DNA of 64,000 bases. Origin: Flavobacteriales bacterium UBA1531 (GTDB lineage Bacteria > Bacteroidota > Bacteroidia > Flavobacteriales_D > Sanyastnellaceae). Both the position numbers and the translations under genes were made by a program. The notes under the pieces are model-generated. The model had not been told where the DNA came from. It saw only the letters and a program-made list of their open reading frames with translations, and did not search any database. The stretch lies in contig DCPZ01000057.1 of the NCBI GenBank assembly GCA_002323795.1, forward strand, positions 23,845 to 87,844, in the 5' to 3' direction. Positions 1 through 9,917 of the stretch are shown in pieces (position 1 is the first letter of the stretch; the number at the start of each line of letters is the position of its first letter).

Positions 1-1
1 G

Positions 2-694
2 ACGGTTCACATCAAGTGGGACGAGAACGCAGGCATTCTTTCTGGAGACGCCATGTATACTCTGGCACACATGGCCTTGGCAGAGATGAATTCCGAAAAT
101 CTGCCTCCGGCATTAAGGATGTTCAATCAGACCGCATTGGAGGTGTGCATTGGCCAGCAATCAGACATGGACTTTGAGCAGCGATCAGATGTAACGGTCG
201 AAGAATACATGGAAATGATCCGCCTCAAAACTTCTGTCTTGGTTGCCGCCTCATTGGCTATGGGTGCAATTGCAGTTGGGGCGAATGAAGAACGGGTTAA
301 GCTTTGGTATAAAGCAGGCGAACAATTGGGATTGGCCTTTCAGATGCAGGATGATTTGTTGGATGTTTTTGGCGGAGATGCTATGGGAAAGCAAGTCGGT
401 GGCGACATCCTGTCGAACAAAAAGACTTTCTTACGTTTGCACACTTGGGAGAAGGCAAATCCAGACCTTCTCGGCGACCTGAAGAAATGGGATAAAATCG
501 AAGGTCAACCAATGGAAAAGGTTGAATTTGTTAAAAATGCCATGATAGAATGTGGCGCGGATGCGGCAGCGAGGAGCGCCATGCTCGATTATGTTGGCCA
601 AGCGATGTCTGCACTGGATGATTTGAATTTGAGTGATACGAATCGCGAATGGTTCGATTTCTTGGGGGGCTTGGTAACGCAGCGTACATCCTAA
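2..694 (+). CDS. polyprenyl diphosphate synthase family protein, C-terminal part (5' end outside window)
   Basis: The frame is open from base 2 (TVHIKWDENAGILSGDAMYTLA...). It has the second Asp-rich motif FQMQDDLLDVFG and GKQVGGDILSNKKT, both typical of trans-isoprenyl diphosphate synthases. Confidence 0.85.
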   Translation, partial: TVHIKWDENAGILSGDAMYTLAHMALAEMNSENLPPALRMFNQTALEVCIGQQSDMDFEQRSDVTVEEYMEMIRLKTSVLVAASLAMGAIAVGANEERVKLWYKAGEQLGLAFQMQDDLLDVFGGDAMGKQVGGDILSNKKTFLRLHTWEKANPDLLGDLKKWDKIEGQPMEKVEFVKNAMIECGADAAARSAMLDYVGQAMSALDDLNLSDTNREWFDFLGGLVTQRTS

Positions 695-701
695 TCATTT
701 C

Positions 702-1055
702 ATGGAATTGGCACGAATCTTACCGGATAAAACCTTGCCTTTGAATTGTTCAGAGGAGGATTTTTTGACAGCCGTACTGCATCAATTGGTCAAGGATTTT
801 CAATGGGATTTTGAACGAGTGAAAGCGTTAGCCACTCCAATGGCAAGCATACTAGAACGAGAAATCGAATGGGGAATGGACCACGATCCGAGCGGCACCT
901 TTGCGGCTTTTTATCGGCTGGATTTGGGCGAGGATTTGGTGCGCATGATTTTGCACGAATTCGAACGGCCCAAAGCCATTGCAATGCTTGGCGAAAAGTG
1001 CCTTCAACGCGCGGCCTTGAAGGTTTGGACAAGGTGGACGTATTCAGTTAAATAG
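702..1055 (+). CDS. hypothetical protein (117 aa)
   Basis: The ORF starts 7 nt after the polyprenyl synthase stop on the same strand. I recognise no motif. Confidence 0.45.
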   Translation: MELARILPDKTLPLNCSEEDFLTAVLHQLVKDFQWDFERVKALATPMASILEREIEWGMDHDPSGTFAAFYRLDLGEDLVRMILHEFERPKAIAMLGEKCLQRAALKVWTRWTYSVK

Positions 1056-1162
1056 TCCACTGAGCATGCGACTCAGGATGAATTTTAAAGGCAATCGTTG
1101 AATTCATTTCAGGAGTGCTTCGCTCAGTGTATCTTTAACCCGACAAAATACGTATAGTCCGC

Positions 1163-3889
1163 ATGGACCCTTTAGATTTCATCAGCCAAGCTGAACCTCA
1201 GGCGTTGGAAAAACTGTATCAACAGTACCGAAATAACCCGGAATCCGTTGATCAGAGTTGGCGTTTATTTTTCAAAGGATTTGATCTGGCAACAGCTTCC
1301 TATGGCGAAGAGGCCGGAAGTCCCCAGACTCAAAAGGAATTCCAGGTGATTGGCTTGATTCAAGCATATCGCGAACGGGGCCATTTGTTTACCAAGACCA
1401 ATCCAGTTCGAGCGCGACGAGTTTATCAGCCGGATTTGAGTTTGAGCCACTTTGGTCTTTCCGAAGCTGATTTGAAGACCGTATTCGAGGCAGGCACTCA
1501 AGTTGGATTGGGGCCTGCAACATTGCAGTCCATTGTTGATCACCTCGAAGAAACATACTGCCATAGCATTGGCATTGAGTATGTGATGATTCAAGATGTT
1601 GATCGTCAGGCATGGGTCCGGGAGCACATTGAATTGGCCAACCGACCGCGTATTGAGCTTGAGGATCGGATTCAGATTCTAAAAAAACTCTCGCAAGCCA
1701 CACTGTTCGAAGAGTTTTTACAGAAAAAATTTGTTGGACAAAAGCGCTTTTCACTGGAAGGAGGTGAGACATTGATTGCAGCGCTTGACGCTGTCATTGA
1801 ATCAGGAACCGAGCAAGGGGTCGAAGAGGTATTTATTGGAATGGCTCACCGCGGAAGGCTTTCTACGCTTGCGCATATTTTGGGCAAACCTTATGAGGAG
1901 ATTTTCTGCGAATTTGAGGGCAAGGCATATGATGACGACGGCGAGTTCGATGGGGATGTCAAATATCACCTCGGCTATTCTCGGCTGCAACAAGCGGATA
2001 GCGGAAAATCGGTCTCAATTTCGTTGGCACCCAATCCCTCTCATCTCGAAGCTGTAGGGCCGGTGGTGGAAGGCTTGACACGTGCTAGAGTCGATGCTAC
2101 AGGCGGTGACCCAAACCGTATTTTACCGATCTTGATTCACGGAGATGCAGCGCTGTCTGGTCAAGGAGTTGTTTATGAAGTGGCCCAAATGGCTCAGCTG
2201 GATGGTTACCATACAGGTGGAACTGTGCACATTGTGGTCAACAACCAAGTAGGCTTCACAACCAATTACCTCGACGGTCGGAGTTCCATTTATTGCACCG
2301 ACGTGAGTAAGGTGACAGAATCCTTGTCGTTTCATGTGAATGCTGACGATGCTGAAGCGGTTGTCCAGGTCATGCGGATTGCATTGGCATATCGACAGCG
2401 ATGGAATCGCGATGTATTCATTGATTTGTTGGGCTACCGAAAATATGGGCACAACGAGGGTGACGAGCCCATGTTCACTCAACCTCGGCTATACAAGTCC
2501 ATCGCTAAGCATCCCAATCCGCTACAGATATACATTGAGCGTTTGGTCGCCGATGGCAGTATGGAGGCGGATCAGGTTGAGTCCATCAGGAATGATCAGC
2601 ATCAATTGTTGGAGCACGCCTATCAGAATGCTCAAAAACGGGAGGTATCCCAAGTGGAGGATTTTCTGGGTGATTTGTGGAAGGGTTACAAAGCCGCTGA
2701 CGAAAAAGCGTTGGAAGTCACTCCCAAAACGAACGTTGCTGAGAAAAAGTTAAAAGAACTTGCCATTTCGATGTCGACTTTGCCTGAAGGCAAGAAGATT
2801 TACAGAAAAGTAGCACGCTTGATGCGTGATCGCCTGAAGATGGTAGAAGAGGATCGTCTCGACTGGGCGATGGGGGAGTTGCTTGCTTACGCTACCTTAC
2901 TGGTCGAAGGCCACCCGGTGCGCATCAGTGGTCAGGACGTGGAGCGTGGCACGTTTTCACACCGACACGCTGTGGTCAAGACGGAGGACAGCGAAGAAGA
3001 AATCATTCCTCTGAATCTTCTTCGAAAGGATCAAGCGAACCTCACCATATATAACAGTTTGCTGAGTGAATATGCCGTGGCAGGATTTGATTATGGCTAT
3101 GCATTTGCAACGCCGAATGGCTTAACGATTTGGGAAGCGCAGTTCGGAGACTTCAACAATGGAGCGCAAATTCTATTTGACCAATTCTTGAGTGCAGCAG
3201 AGGACAAGTGGAGAACCATGAATGGTTTGATCTTGCTGTTGCCACATGGTTATGAAGGCATGGGATCTGAACATAGTTCTGGACGTATGGAGCGCTTTTT
3301 ACAGTTGGGAAGTGGAGAGAACATGTTCATTTGCAACGTCACAGAACCGGCCAATTATTTCCATCTTCTTCGCCGCCAAGTGAAGCTGAAGTACCGAAAG
3401 CCATTGGTCATCTTCACGCCAAAAAAACTATTGCGTTATCCAATGGCTGTTTCGAAATTGTCGGAAATGGCGACAGGCGGCTTCCAGAAAGTGCTTGATG
3501 ATCCGCGGATGAATGGCAAGTCTGACACACAAAAAGTGAATACAGTGGTGCTTTGCTCGGGTAAAATATACTACGACTTAATAGAGCGATTGGACGGCAA
3601 CCCCGCAGTCAACATCGCTTTCGTTCGGGTTGAACAGATTCATCCGTTGCCGAAAGTTGAATTGGATGTCGTGGTGAAAAAGTATGGTGCGGATGCAAAT
3701 TACATCTGGGTCCAGGAAGAGCCGAAGAATATGGGTGCTTGGTCATTCATGCTCCAAAACCTTACAACAGTGCCGCTCAGTGTTATTGCGAGAAGTACCA
3801 GCGCGAGCCCTGCTTCGGGCTCGTCTGAGGTCCACAAACTTCGTCAAGAGGCGATTTTGGATGAAGTTTTTGCGCATACGCACGGTTGA
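1163..3889 (+). CDS. sucA: 2-oxoglutarate dehydrogenase E1 component
   Basis: 908-aa ORF with blocks HRGRLSTLAHILGKP, GDVKYHLG and ILIHGDAALSGQGVVYE. It is followed directly by the E2 gene. Confidence 0.95.
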   Translation: MDPLDFISQAEPQALEKLYQQYRNNPESVDQSWRLFFKGFDLATASYGEEAGSPQTQKEFQVIGLIQAYRERGHLFTKTNPVRARRVYQPDLSLSHFGLSEADLKTVFEAGTQVGLGPATLQSIVDHLEETYCHSIGIEYVMIQDVDRQAWVREHIELANRPRIELEDRIQILKKLSQATLFEEFLQKKFVGQKRFSLEGGETLIAALDAVIESGTEQGVEEVFIGMAHRGRLSTLAHILGKPYEEIFCEFEGKAYDDDGEFDGDVKYHLGYSRLQQADSGKSVSISLAPNPSHLEAVGPVVEGLTRARVDATGGDPNRILPILIHGDAALSGQGVVYEVAQMAQLDGYHTGGTVHIVVNNQVGFTTNYLDGRSSIYCTDVSKVTESLSFHVNADDAEAVVQVMRIALAYRQRWNRDVFIDLLGYRKYGHNEGDEPMFTQPRLYKSIAKHPNPLQIYIERLVADGSMEADQVESIRNDQHQLLEHAYQNAQKREVSQVEDFLGDLWKGYKAADEKALEVTPKTNVAEKKLKELAISMSTLPEGKKIYRKVARLMRDRLKMVEEDRLDWAMGELLAYATLLVEGHPVRISGQDVERGTFSHRHAVVKTEDSEEEIIPLNLLRKDQANLTIYNSLLSEYAVAGFDYGYAFATPNGLTIWEAQFGDFNNGAQILFDQFLSAAEDKWRTMNGLILLLPHGYEGMGSEHSSGRMERFLQLGSGENMFICNVTEPANYFHLLRRQVKLKYRKPLVIFTPKKLLRYPMAVSKLSEMATGGFQKVLDDPRMNGKSDTQKVNTVVLCSGKIYYDLIERLDGNPAVNIAFVRVEQIHPLPKVELDVVVKKYGADANYIWVQEEPKNMGAWSFMLQNLTTVPLSVIARSTSASPASGSSEVHKLRQEAILDEVFAHTHG

Positions 3890-3976
3890 GAAATCATATT
3901 GGGCGTGCCTCAAAATGTGGATGATGCGTTGTTAATTGCATGATATAGGTGCGATCAAAAAACAATTTGAATAGCG

Positions 3977-5227
3977 ATGTCAAAGCTTGAAATGAAAGTC
4001 CCCAGCCCTGGGGAGTCCATCAGTGAGGTGGAAATTGCAACATGGCTTGTATCCGATGGCGACTATGTCGAGAAGGATCAAGCAATAGCTGAGGTAGACT
4101 CAGATAAGGCAACGTTGGAGCTTCCTGCAGAAGAAGCAGGAATCATTACACTTAAGGCCGAGGAGGGAGATGTCGTTGAAGTCGGAGCAGTATGCTGTCT
4201 GATTGATACATCGGCAAAAGCTCCCGCAGTCAAGCCAAGCAAACCAGTTCCCGCCCCTGCGCCCGCCCCAACCCCCATTGTGTCGAAGGCACAAACTAAA
4301 GCGCCAGCAAAGCCGGCAGCAACGAATCACGCGGACAAGCACCCCTCCCCAGCTGCTCGAAAAATGATGTCCGAACATGGGGTTACCGCAACTCAAGTGA
4401 TCGGTACGGGTCGGGATGGTCGAATTCTTCAACAAGACGTGGCTGCAGCAATGGCTGCTGGTTTTGATGTGAACGCCACACAAACGTGGGGTGGAAGTCG
4501 TGAGGTGCGCCGTGAAAAAATGTCAATGCTGCGACGCAAAGTCGCTGAGCGCTTGGTGGGGGTAAAGAATGAAACGGCGATGTTGACCACTTTCAATGAG
4601 GTGGACATGAAGCCGGTCATGGATCTCCGAGCGCAATACAAAGATGCCTTCCGAGAATCGCATGGTGTTGGACTTGGCTTCATGAGTTTCTTTACGAAAG
4701 CAGTTACGCACGCCATTGCTCAATTTCCAACAGTCAACGGCATGATCGATGGTAAGGAGGTCATTGTTCCTGAGTACGCTGATATCGGCATCGCTGTGAG
4801 CTCACCGAAAGGCTTAATGGTGCCTGTGGTGCGGAATGCGGAGTCCATGAGTTTGGCTCAAATTGAGGCTGAAATCAAGCGATTAGCCATTCGAGCTCGT
4901 GACGGAGAATTGGGAATTGACGAGATGCAAGGGGGTACGTTTACCATTACCAATGGAGGCGTATTTGGTTCGATGCTTTCCACTCCGATTATCAATCCAC
5001 CGCAAAGTGCAATTTTGGGCATGCACAACATTGTGGAGCGGCCGGTCGCAGTCAACGGAAAAGTGGAAGTGAGGCCAGTGATGTACCTGGCCTTGAGCTA
5101 CGATCACCGAATCATTGATGGAAAGGAGAGCGTTGGGTTCCTATACGCCATCAAGGAAATGATTGAAGAGCCCAAGCGCCTATTGTTCATGGGGAAAAAA
5201 CCGGAAGAGGTTTTGTTGGGTCTGTAA
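3977..5227 (+). CDS. sucB: dihydrolipoyllysine-residue succinyltransferase (2-oxoglutarate dehydrogenase E2)
   Basis: Lipoyl domain [13 protein letters not shown], Ala/Pro-rich linker, E3-binding segment PSPAARKMM and catalytic [11 protein letters not shown]. Confidence 0.95.
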   Translation: MSKLEMKVPSPGESISEVEIATWLVSDGDYVEKDQAIAEVDSDKATLELPAEEAGIITLKAEEGDVVEVGAVCCLIDTSAKAPAVKPSKPVPAPAPAPTPIVSKAQTKAPAKPAATNHADKHPSPAARKMMSEHGVTATQVIGTGRDGRILQQDVAAAMAAGFDVNATQTWGGSREVRREKMSMLRRKVAERLVGVKNETAMLTTFNEVDMKPVMDLRAQYKDAFRESHGVGLGFMSFFTKAVTHAIAQFPTVNGMIDGKEVIVPEYADIGIAVSSPKGLMVPVVRNAESMSLAQIEAEIKRLAIRARDGELGIDEMQGGTFTITNGGVFGSMLSTPIINPPQSAILGMHNIVERPVAVNGKVEVRPVMYLALSYDHRIIDGKESVGFLYAIKEMIEEPKRLLFMGKKPEEVLLGL

Positions 5228-5246
5228 GCAGCACGCGCATAGAATT

Positions 5247-5285
5247 AAAAAAAAGCCCCGCTTCTCAGCGGGGCTTTTGGTTTTG
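5247..5285. terminator. rho-independent terminator hairpin after sucB (bidirectional shape)
   Basis: Stem aaaagccccgc (5251-5261) pairs with gcggggctttt (5268-5278) around the loop ttctca. It has an A-run upstream and a T-rich tract downstream. Confidence 0.8.
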
Positions 5286-5312
5286 TTGTTTTGCGGCGCA
5301 CACCGAATGACA

Positions 5313-5355
5313 TGAAAAATCCCATTGCTTCGGGGTTAAATCCTAGTGCAATGGG
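5313..5355 (-). terminator. possible terminator hairpin for the mre/mrd/rodA transcript
   Basis: 8-bp stem cccattgc (5321-5328) / gcaatggg (5348-5355) with a 19-nt loop. On the minus strand it is followed by ATTTTTC. The loop is large, so this call is weak. Confidence 0.35.
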
Positions 5356-5443
5356 TGAAATGTATTCGAGAATGTGACACGTGCAAATATACGACGAAAA
5401 TATTATAAAATTCTACGAAAAACATAAAAACTTCGATAAAAGG

Positions 5444-6766
5444 CTAATGCAAAACATATGAGCGCTCTGCGTCTAGCCTGAGTAGGATGGCGATCAAGAT
5501 GGTGAAGCTGACCAAGGAAGAACCCCCAGCGCTGAGAAAGGGCAAAGGAATACCAATAACAGGAGCCAGTCCGAGGACCATGCCGACATTGATTAAAAAG
5601 TGCATGAATAGAATGCTTGCAACGGCGTAGGCATAAATTCGGCTGAAATCACTCCTTTGCCTCTCAGCGAGCACGAGTATTCGGAGGAGAAGCATTGTAT
5701 ACAATAAGATGGTAACCGAACTTCCAAAGAACCCCCATTCTTCGCCGATGGTACAAAAGATGAAGTCTGTTTCTTGTTCAGGGACAAAACCATAGGCGGT
5801 CATTGGACCTTGGAGAAACCCCTTACCGGTCCAACCTCCCGAACTCACAGCAGCTTTTGCATGCCGAATGTTGTAGTCGGCATCAGGATTACCCACATCG
5901 ATTCCAAAAAGAACATAGATTCGTTCTTTTTGGTGTGTCTTGAGCATGCCCTCCAAACTGCTATGCACACCTGCGCTGAAGGCCAAAGCCAAGGTTAAGC
6001 AAATCAGTGTCGCCTTTCGAACCCGTTTGCGGTTTCGCGGAACAATCAAACCTGGAATCAACTGCCAGAAGAGAGCACCGAGTCCGATAAGAACCAGCCA
6101 GAGCCATCCGATAGAAGATTGAACACCTAGTCCGGGATAATGATAAGAAGATGCTCCCGTGAGAATCGTTGCAATGAGCAGGAGCAGCGCACAGAAAACG
6201 GCAATGAGAACATTGCCCGAGAGTCCTTCCCGGTAGAATGCGAAAATTAAACCACCAAACACAAGCACGGTTCCTGCATCTGGCTGGAGCATGATCAGTG
6301 CAGCTGGAATGCAAACGATGAGCGCTGATTGAACGAGGGTTTTGATATTTCTGATTTTCCCATCGCTTCGACTGAGCAACCAAGACAACATGAGTGCAGT
6401 GCCCGTTTTGGCGAATTCAGATGGTTGCAGGCTAACCGATCCGATTCCGAACCAAGACTTGGCCCCTCCTACGGTTTTGCCCATGAGCAGCACTGCAATC
6501 AACAGTACGATGTTCACCACATAATGAATGACCGTAGTACGGATGAAAAATTCACCTTCAATGATGAGTGCAACAGCCGCAATTCCAAGAGCGATGAAAA
6601 CCCAGATGAATTGTTTGCCAACCTTGCTGTTGAGGTCGAACCATTCAACGGCTTCAGCACCGCTGGTGGAACTGGCAATATTTAGCAGCCCCATGGCCAT
6701 GAAGGTTAGCACAAGACCAATCGTGATCCAATCAATGCGCTGCAATATGGGAGCCGTTCTTCTCAC
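5444..6766 (-). CDS. rodA: rod shape-determining protein RodA (FtsW/RodA/SpoVE family)
   Basis: 440-aa polytopic membrane protein with a family-like sequence (LQPSEFAKT, QPDAGT). Its GTG start overlaps the mrdA stop (GTGA). It is the last gene of the mreBCD-mrdA-rodA string. Confidence 0.9.
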   Translation of the reverse strand: MRRTAPILQRIDWITIGLVLTFMAMGLLNIASSTSGAEAVEWFDLNSKVGKQFIWVFIALGIAAVALIIEGEFFIRTTVIHYVVNIVLLIAVLLMGKTVGGAKSWFGIGSVSLQPSEFAKTGTALMLSWLLSRSDGKIRNIKTLVQSALIVCIPAALIMLQPDAGTVLVFGGLIFAFYREGLSGNVLIAVFCALLLLIATILTGASSYHYPGLGVQSSIGWLWLVLIGLGALFWQLIPGLIVPRNRKRVRKATLICLTLALAFSAGVHSSLEGMLKTHQKERIYVLFGIDVGNPDADYNIRHAKAAVSSGGWTGKGFLQGPMTAYGFVPEQETDFIFCTIGEEWGFFGSSVTILLYTMLLLRILVLAERQRSDFSRIYAYAVASILFMHFLINVGMVLGLAPVIGIPLPFLSAGGSSLVSFTILIAILLRLDAERSYVLH

Positions 6767-8586
6767 TGCTTTGCATTTGCGAAGGGATACGTAGCACGTA
6801 TGACCCGCAACTCTTTATTGGCTTGTTTCACACTGCCCTTGAGGTATTTTTCCATTAGAAGGCTTGCAATGGGAGCCGCCCAATCTCCTCCTGCACCAGC
6901 ATTTTCGACATAAACACTTAGTGCGATTTTGGGGTTTTCAACTGGAGCGAAAGCAATGAATACAGAGTGATTACCTTTTGAGTCTTGGACAGTGCCTGTT
7001 TTGCCACAGACTTTTACTCCCGGCACTCGAGCAAGCGGCGCTGTGCCTTCTTTGGATTCCGTTACAGCATTCATAGCTTCAATGATGGGCTCAAAAAGTT
7101 GCCGTGAAATCCCCGTTTGGACCAATGAATCTGTTCCAGCGGGCTTGCCATTTAATCCGATTGATTGCACCACATGAGGTGTACGGAACTCCCCTTGATT
7201 TGCAATTGTGGCTGCTAGATTTGCCATGTGCAATGGTGTGGTGAGAAGCTCGCCCTCTCCTATGGAAATCGAATAGATTGTCGAGTAGGCCCATCTTTTT
7301 TTGCCGTAGAGTTTGTCATAAAGCGTGGTGTCTGGCACCGATCCTGAACGCAGCCCAGGAAAGTTGCCTCCGAGATCAGTTCCAAAGCCAAATCGCTCAA
7401 TGGATTTGGTCCATTCTCCCAACTCATTGCGAGCTTCTGAGAAGATATCTGTCGTCTTTCGAGGTTGAATCATGCGCCGCATCACCTCATGAAAATAGGG
7501 GTTGCAAGAATGGACAATTGCTGCCTCAAGGTTGTCATTCGTATGTCCCCCGTGGCAGCCGATGATTGTTCGGTTGCAAGGAATACGAGTTCGAGGTGAG
7601 ATCAAATCTTTATCCAACGCGATCAGACCTTGGATCATTTTGAAGATGCTTCCGGGACGGTAGGTTGCTCTAGTGGTGCGATTGAACAAGGGTTTGTCTG
7701 GATTGCGCAACAGGCTGTCATAATTAGCGCCTCGCATGCGACCGGTCAGAAGGTTGGTTTCATAACTCGGAGCGCTTACCATGGCCAAAACCTCGCCGGA
7801 TTCAGGTTCAATGGCGACGATGCTACCACGCTTGCCTTCCATGATTTTTTCTCCATACGCTTGGAGCTCCATGTCCAGCGTTAAAATTAAGTTTTCACCG
7901 GGAATGGGCATCGAATCCAATGCCCCTTTCTGAGCTGATTGGCGGTAATCATTTCGAACATCTACCAGGTGAAACTTGACACCTTTTTCCCCTTTGAGTT
8001 CATTTTCCCACTGCAGTTCAAGCCCGGATTTTCCCTTATAGTCGCCGAGCTGATAACCTAGATTGGATTGGAGGTCATCGCGATCGACTTCTCGGTATTC
8101 TCCCAAAAGATGGCTGCAAAGTCCCGACTCGTTGGTGCGAATGGATTGCCTCCGTACCTGAATGCCGGGAAATCTCCAGAGTTCTCCGGCAATTGAAGCA
8201 TACTCAGAGGCGGGCATTTGCTTGCGAATGCTCGAAGGACGATAGGTTGCATAGGCCTCTGCTTTGCGAATGGCTTTTTGAATTTCGGTCGGCGTGAGAT
8301 CGATCAATTGAGCGAGTGCTAGGGTGTCCATACCTCCTCCCAAGCGGCATTGACGAGGTGTGAATAGGATGTCGTAACCGGCCTGGTTGTCCAAAAACAA
8401 TTGTCCGTTTCGATCGTAGACCAAACCTCGAGCGGGTTCTAAAACTTCGCGTTCTTGGGTGAGACGAGCGGCGTAATCTTGAAGATCGCCTGAGAAAAGC
8501 TGGAGGTGGATGAGTCTGCCTATGAAGATGATGGCGATGAGCAGAAAAATTCCTCCAATGATCCATTGTCGTTCCCGAAGATTCAT
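6763..8586 (-). CDS. mrdA: penicillin-binding protein 2 (elongasome transpeptidase)
   Basis: Motifs SIFK (SxxK), SCN (SxN) and KTGT (KTG). I moved the start to MNLRERQWIIGG (ATG 8586, ATGA overlap with the mreD stop) instead of the 60-codon longer track ORF. Confidence 0.9.
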   Translation of the reverse strand: MNLRERQWIIGGIFLLIAIIFIGRLIHLQLFSGDLQDYAARLTQEREVLEPARGLVYDRNGQLFLDNQAGYDILFTPRQCRLGGGMDTLALAQLIDLTPTEIQKAIRKAEAYATYRPSSIRKQMPASEYASIAGELWRFPGIQVRRQSIRTNESGLCSHLLGEYREVDRDDLQSNLGYQLGDYKGKSGLELQWENELKGEKGVKFHLVDVRNDYRQSAQKGALDSMPIPGENLILTLDMELQAYGEKIMEGKRGSIVAIEPESGEVLAMVSAPSYETNLLTGRMRGANYDSLLRNPDKPLFNRTTRATYRPGSIFKMIQGLIALDKDLISPRTRIPCNRTIIGCHGGHTNDNLEAAIVHSCNPYFHEVMRRMIQPRKTTDIFSEARNELGEWTKSIERFGFGTDLGGNFPGLRSGSVPDTTLYDKLYGKKRWAYSTIYSISIGEGELLTTPLHMANLAATIANQGEFRTPHVVQSIGLNGKPAGTDSLVQTGISRQLFEPIIEAMNAVTESKEGTAPLARVPGVKVCGKTGTVQDSKGNHSVFIAFAPVENPKIALSVYVENAGAGGDWAAPIASLLMEKYLKGSVKQANKELRVIRATYPFANAKQ

Positions 8587-9101
8587 CGCTTTTTCCCTTT
8601 TGACTGCGCCAGTTGAAGGACAACAACAAAGAGCAACCAGCAGATTAAGGACGAGGTAATGGCTTTGCCCCAGCCTACAAGAACGAGCCCCCAACGCCCT
8701 GCCTCCATCGAAAACATCCAGAGATTGTGAACGGCCAACGCAGCAATGGTTCGTATCGAAAACCACTGAACGCCCATGCTTTTGATGTTTGGCTCATCGG
8801 TGACTTCATAACCTTCTCGTGGGGCCAGGAGCCGATCTATGAACGGCAAAACCAAAGCCATGGCGACTGCTGAGGAGGTAAACAGGCCGCCACCAAATGC
8901 AAAAATGTCAATCGTGGCACCTACAGTTCCACTGACCAGAAGAAGTAAAACTGGTCGGGTGTTCAATGGCAGCAAGAGGATTCCGAGGAGATGGAAAGTC
9001 AAAATCCCCCATCCGTCCCAAAACGCCATGTTTTGAAAAAATAAAATTTGCAAAGCGCAGGTCAGTGCCAACTGCAAGGGGATGAGCAGGGCTGAGTTCA
9101 T
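8583..9101 (-). CDS. mreD: rod shape-determining protein MreD
   Basis: Small polytopic membrane ORF between mreC and mrdA. I took the start at MNSALLIPLQ (ATGA overlap with the mreC stop). Confidence 0.75.
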   Translation of the reverse strand: MNSALLIPLQLALTCALQILFFQNMAFWDGWGILTFHLLGILLLPLNTRPVLLLLVSGTVGATIDIFAFGGGLFTSSAVAMALVLPFIDRLLAPREGYEVTDEPNIKSMGVQWFSIRTIAALAVHNLWMFSMEAGRWGLVLVGWGKAITSSLICWLLFVVVLQLAQSKGKKR

Positions 9102-9901
9102 GGAGCGGAAGGATTGACCGTATTCTGCAAGGAATTTATCTGATTCGCGTCCTTTGTTTTGGCGAGCTGCACATAACGAAGTGATTGAAAATCGACAACC
9201 CAATTGACCGGTACACTCAAAAACTCTCCATCAAAAGGTGCTTCGTCATTGGCCACAATTCCAAACAAGAGGTTGGGGGGGAAAACGCCCTGAAATCCAG
9301 TGGTGATGACAGAGTCGCCTGGACTGAATTCCGCACTTCTCGGAATGTCAAATAGCATGCCTGCTGTGGGGTCCACACCGTCCCATTTTAATCTTCCAAT
9401 CGCTCCGGTTGCACCGATGCGTGCGCTCCAATCGATTTGATTGTGAATCAATGGTATTCCGATGGAATAGTCATTGGTTGTTTCGATGATTTTCCCAATT
9501 GCACCTCCGTTTGTGATCACTCCTTGCCCTGCCTGAACACCTTGTTCTTTCCCTCTGTCAAGGATGAAATAATTTTGATTTTGCGTCCATGTGGCACGGA
9601 TCACTTCAGCTGCTGTAAATTGACTTCTTTTCGCAAGTTGGATGGAGGAGGGCGTTCCCATGCTGGATCGCAATCGCGCATTTTCTTCCAGCAGCTGGAA
9701 ATTTTGATCGGAGAGTTCAGTCCGATGTCTCCATTCATTGATTTGCCCTTGCCACGCGCTCTCGCAATCCAATGCCAGTCGAACCCATGCACCTCTCGGA
9801 TAACCGTGACTGGACACAAACCAGCTGATCGCCAAGCCTTGCAGCAGTAAGAAAACCAAGATTACCTGGTACTGAACAATGAAGTTCCAGAGGTTTCTCA
9901 T
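9098..9901 (-). CDS. mreC: rod shape-determining protein MreC
   Basis: N-terminal membrane anchor followed by a coiled-coil-like segment. It lies 16 nt downstream of mreB. Confidence 0.85.
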   Translation of the reverse strand: MRNLWNFIVQYQVILVFLLLQGLAISWFVSSHGYPRGAWVRLALDCESAWQGQINEWRHRTELSDQNFQLLEENARLRSSMGTPSSIQLAKRSQFTAAEVIRATWTQNQNYFILDRGKEQGVQAGQGVITNGGAIGKIIETTNDYSIGIPLIHNQIDWSARIGATGAIGRLKWDGVDPTAGMLFDIPRSAEFSPGDSVITTGFQGVFPPNLLFGIVANDEAPFDGEFLSVPVNWVVDFQSLRYVQLAKTKDANQINSLQNTVNPSAP

Positions 9902-9917
9902 GTTGCAGTACTTGGAA

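Noticed and set aside
4213-4325. Repetitive GC-rich Ala/Pro-coding stretch in sucB (a similar stretch lies in accB at about 41740-41830)
   Set aside because: These encode the flexible Ala/Pro linkers normal for lipoyl and biotinyl carrier proteins. They are not tandem repeats or CRISPR-like arrays.
5312-5377. 21-codon ORF (MKNPIASGLNPSAMGEMYSRM) in the sucB-rodA spacer
   Set aside because: It is too short, has no recognisable ribosome-binding context or motif, and overlaps the hairpin better explained as a terminator.
8587-8766. N-terminal extensions of track ORFs: mrdA here, and also 13865-13993, 14722-14862, 23006-23221, 27081-27179, 36014-36082, 38078-38248, 45067-45198, 45147-45248, 49310-49417, 59512-59679 and 59659-59844
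   Set aside because: The extensions overlap neighbouring genes and have unprotein-like sequence. Each precedes an internal Met that reproduces the conserved family N-terminus, often with an ATGA/GTGA overlap to the upstream stop.
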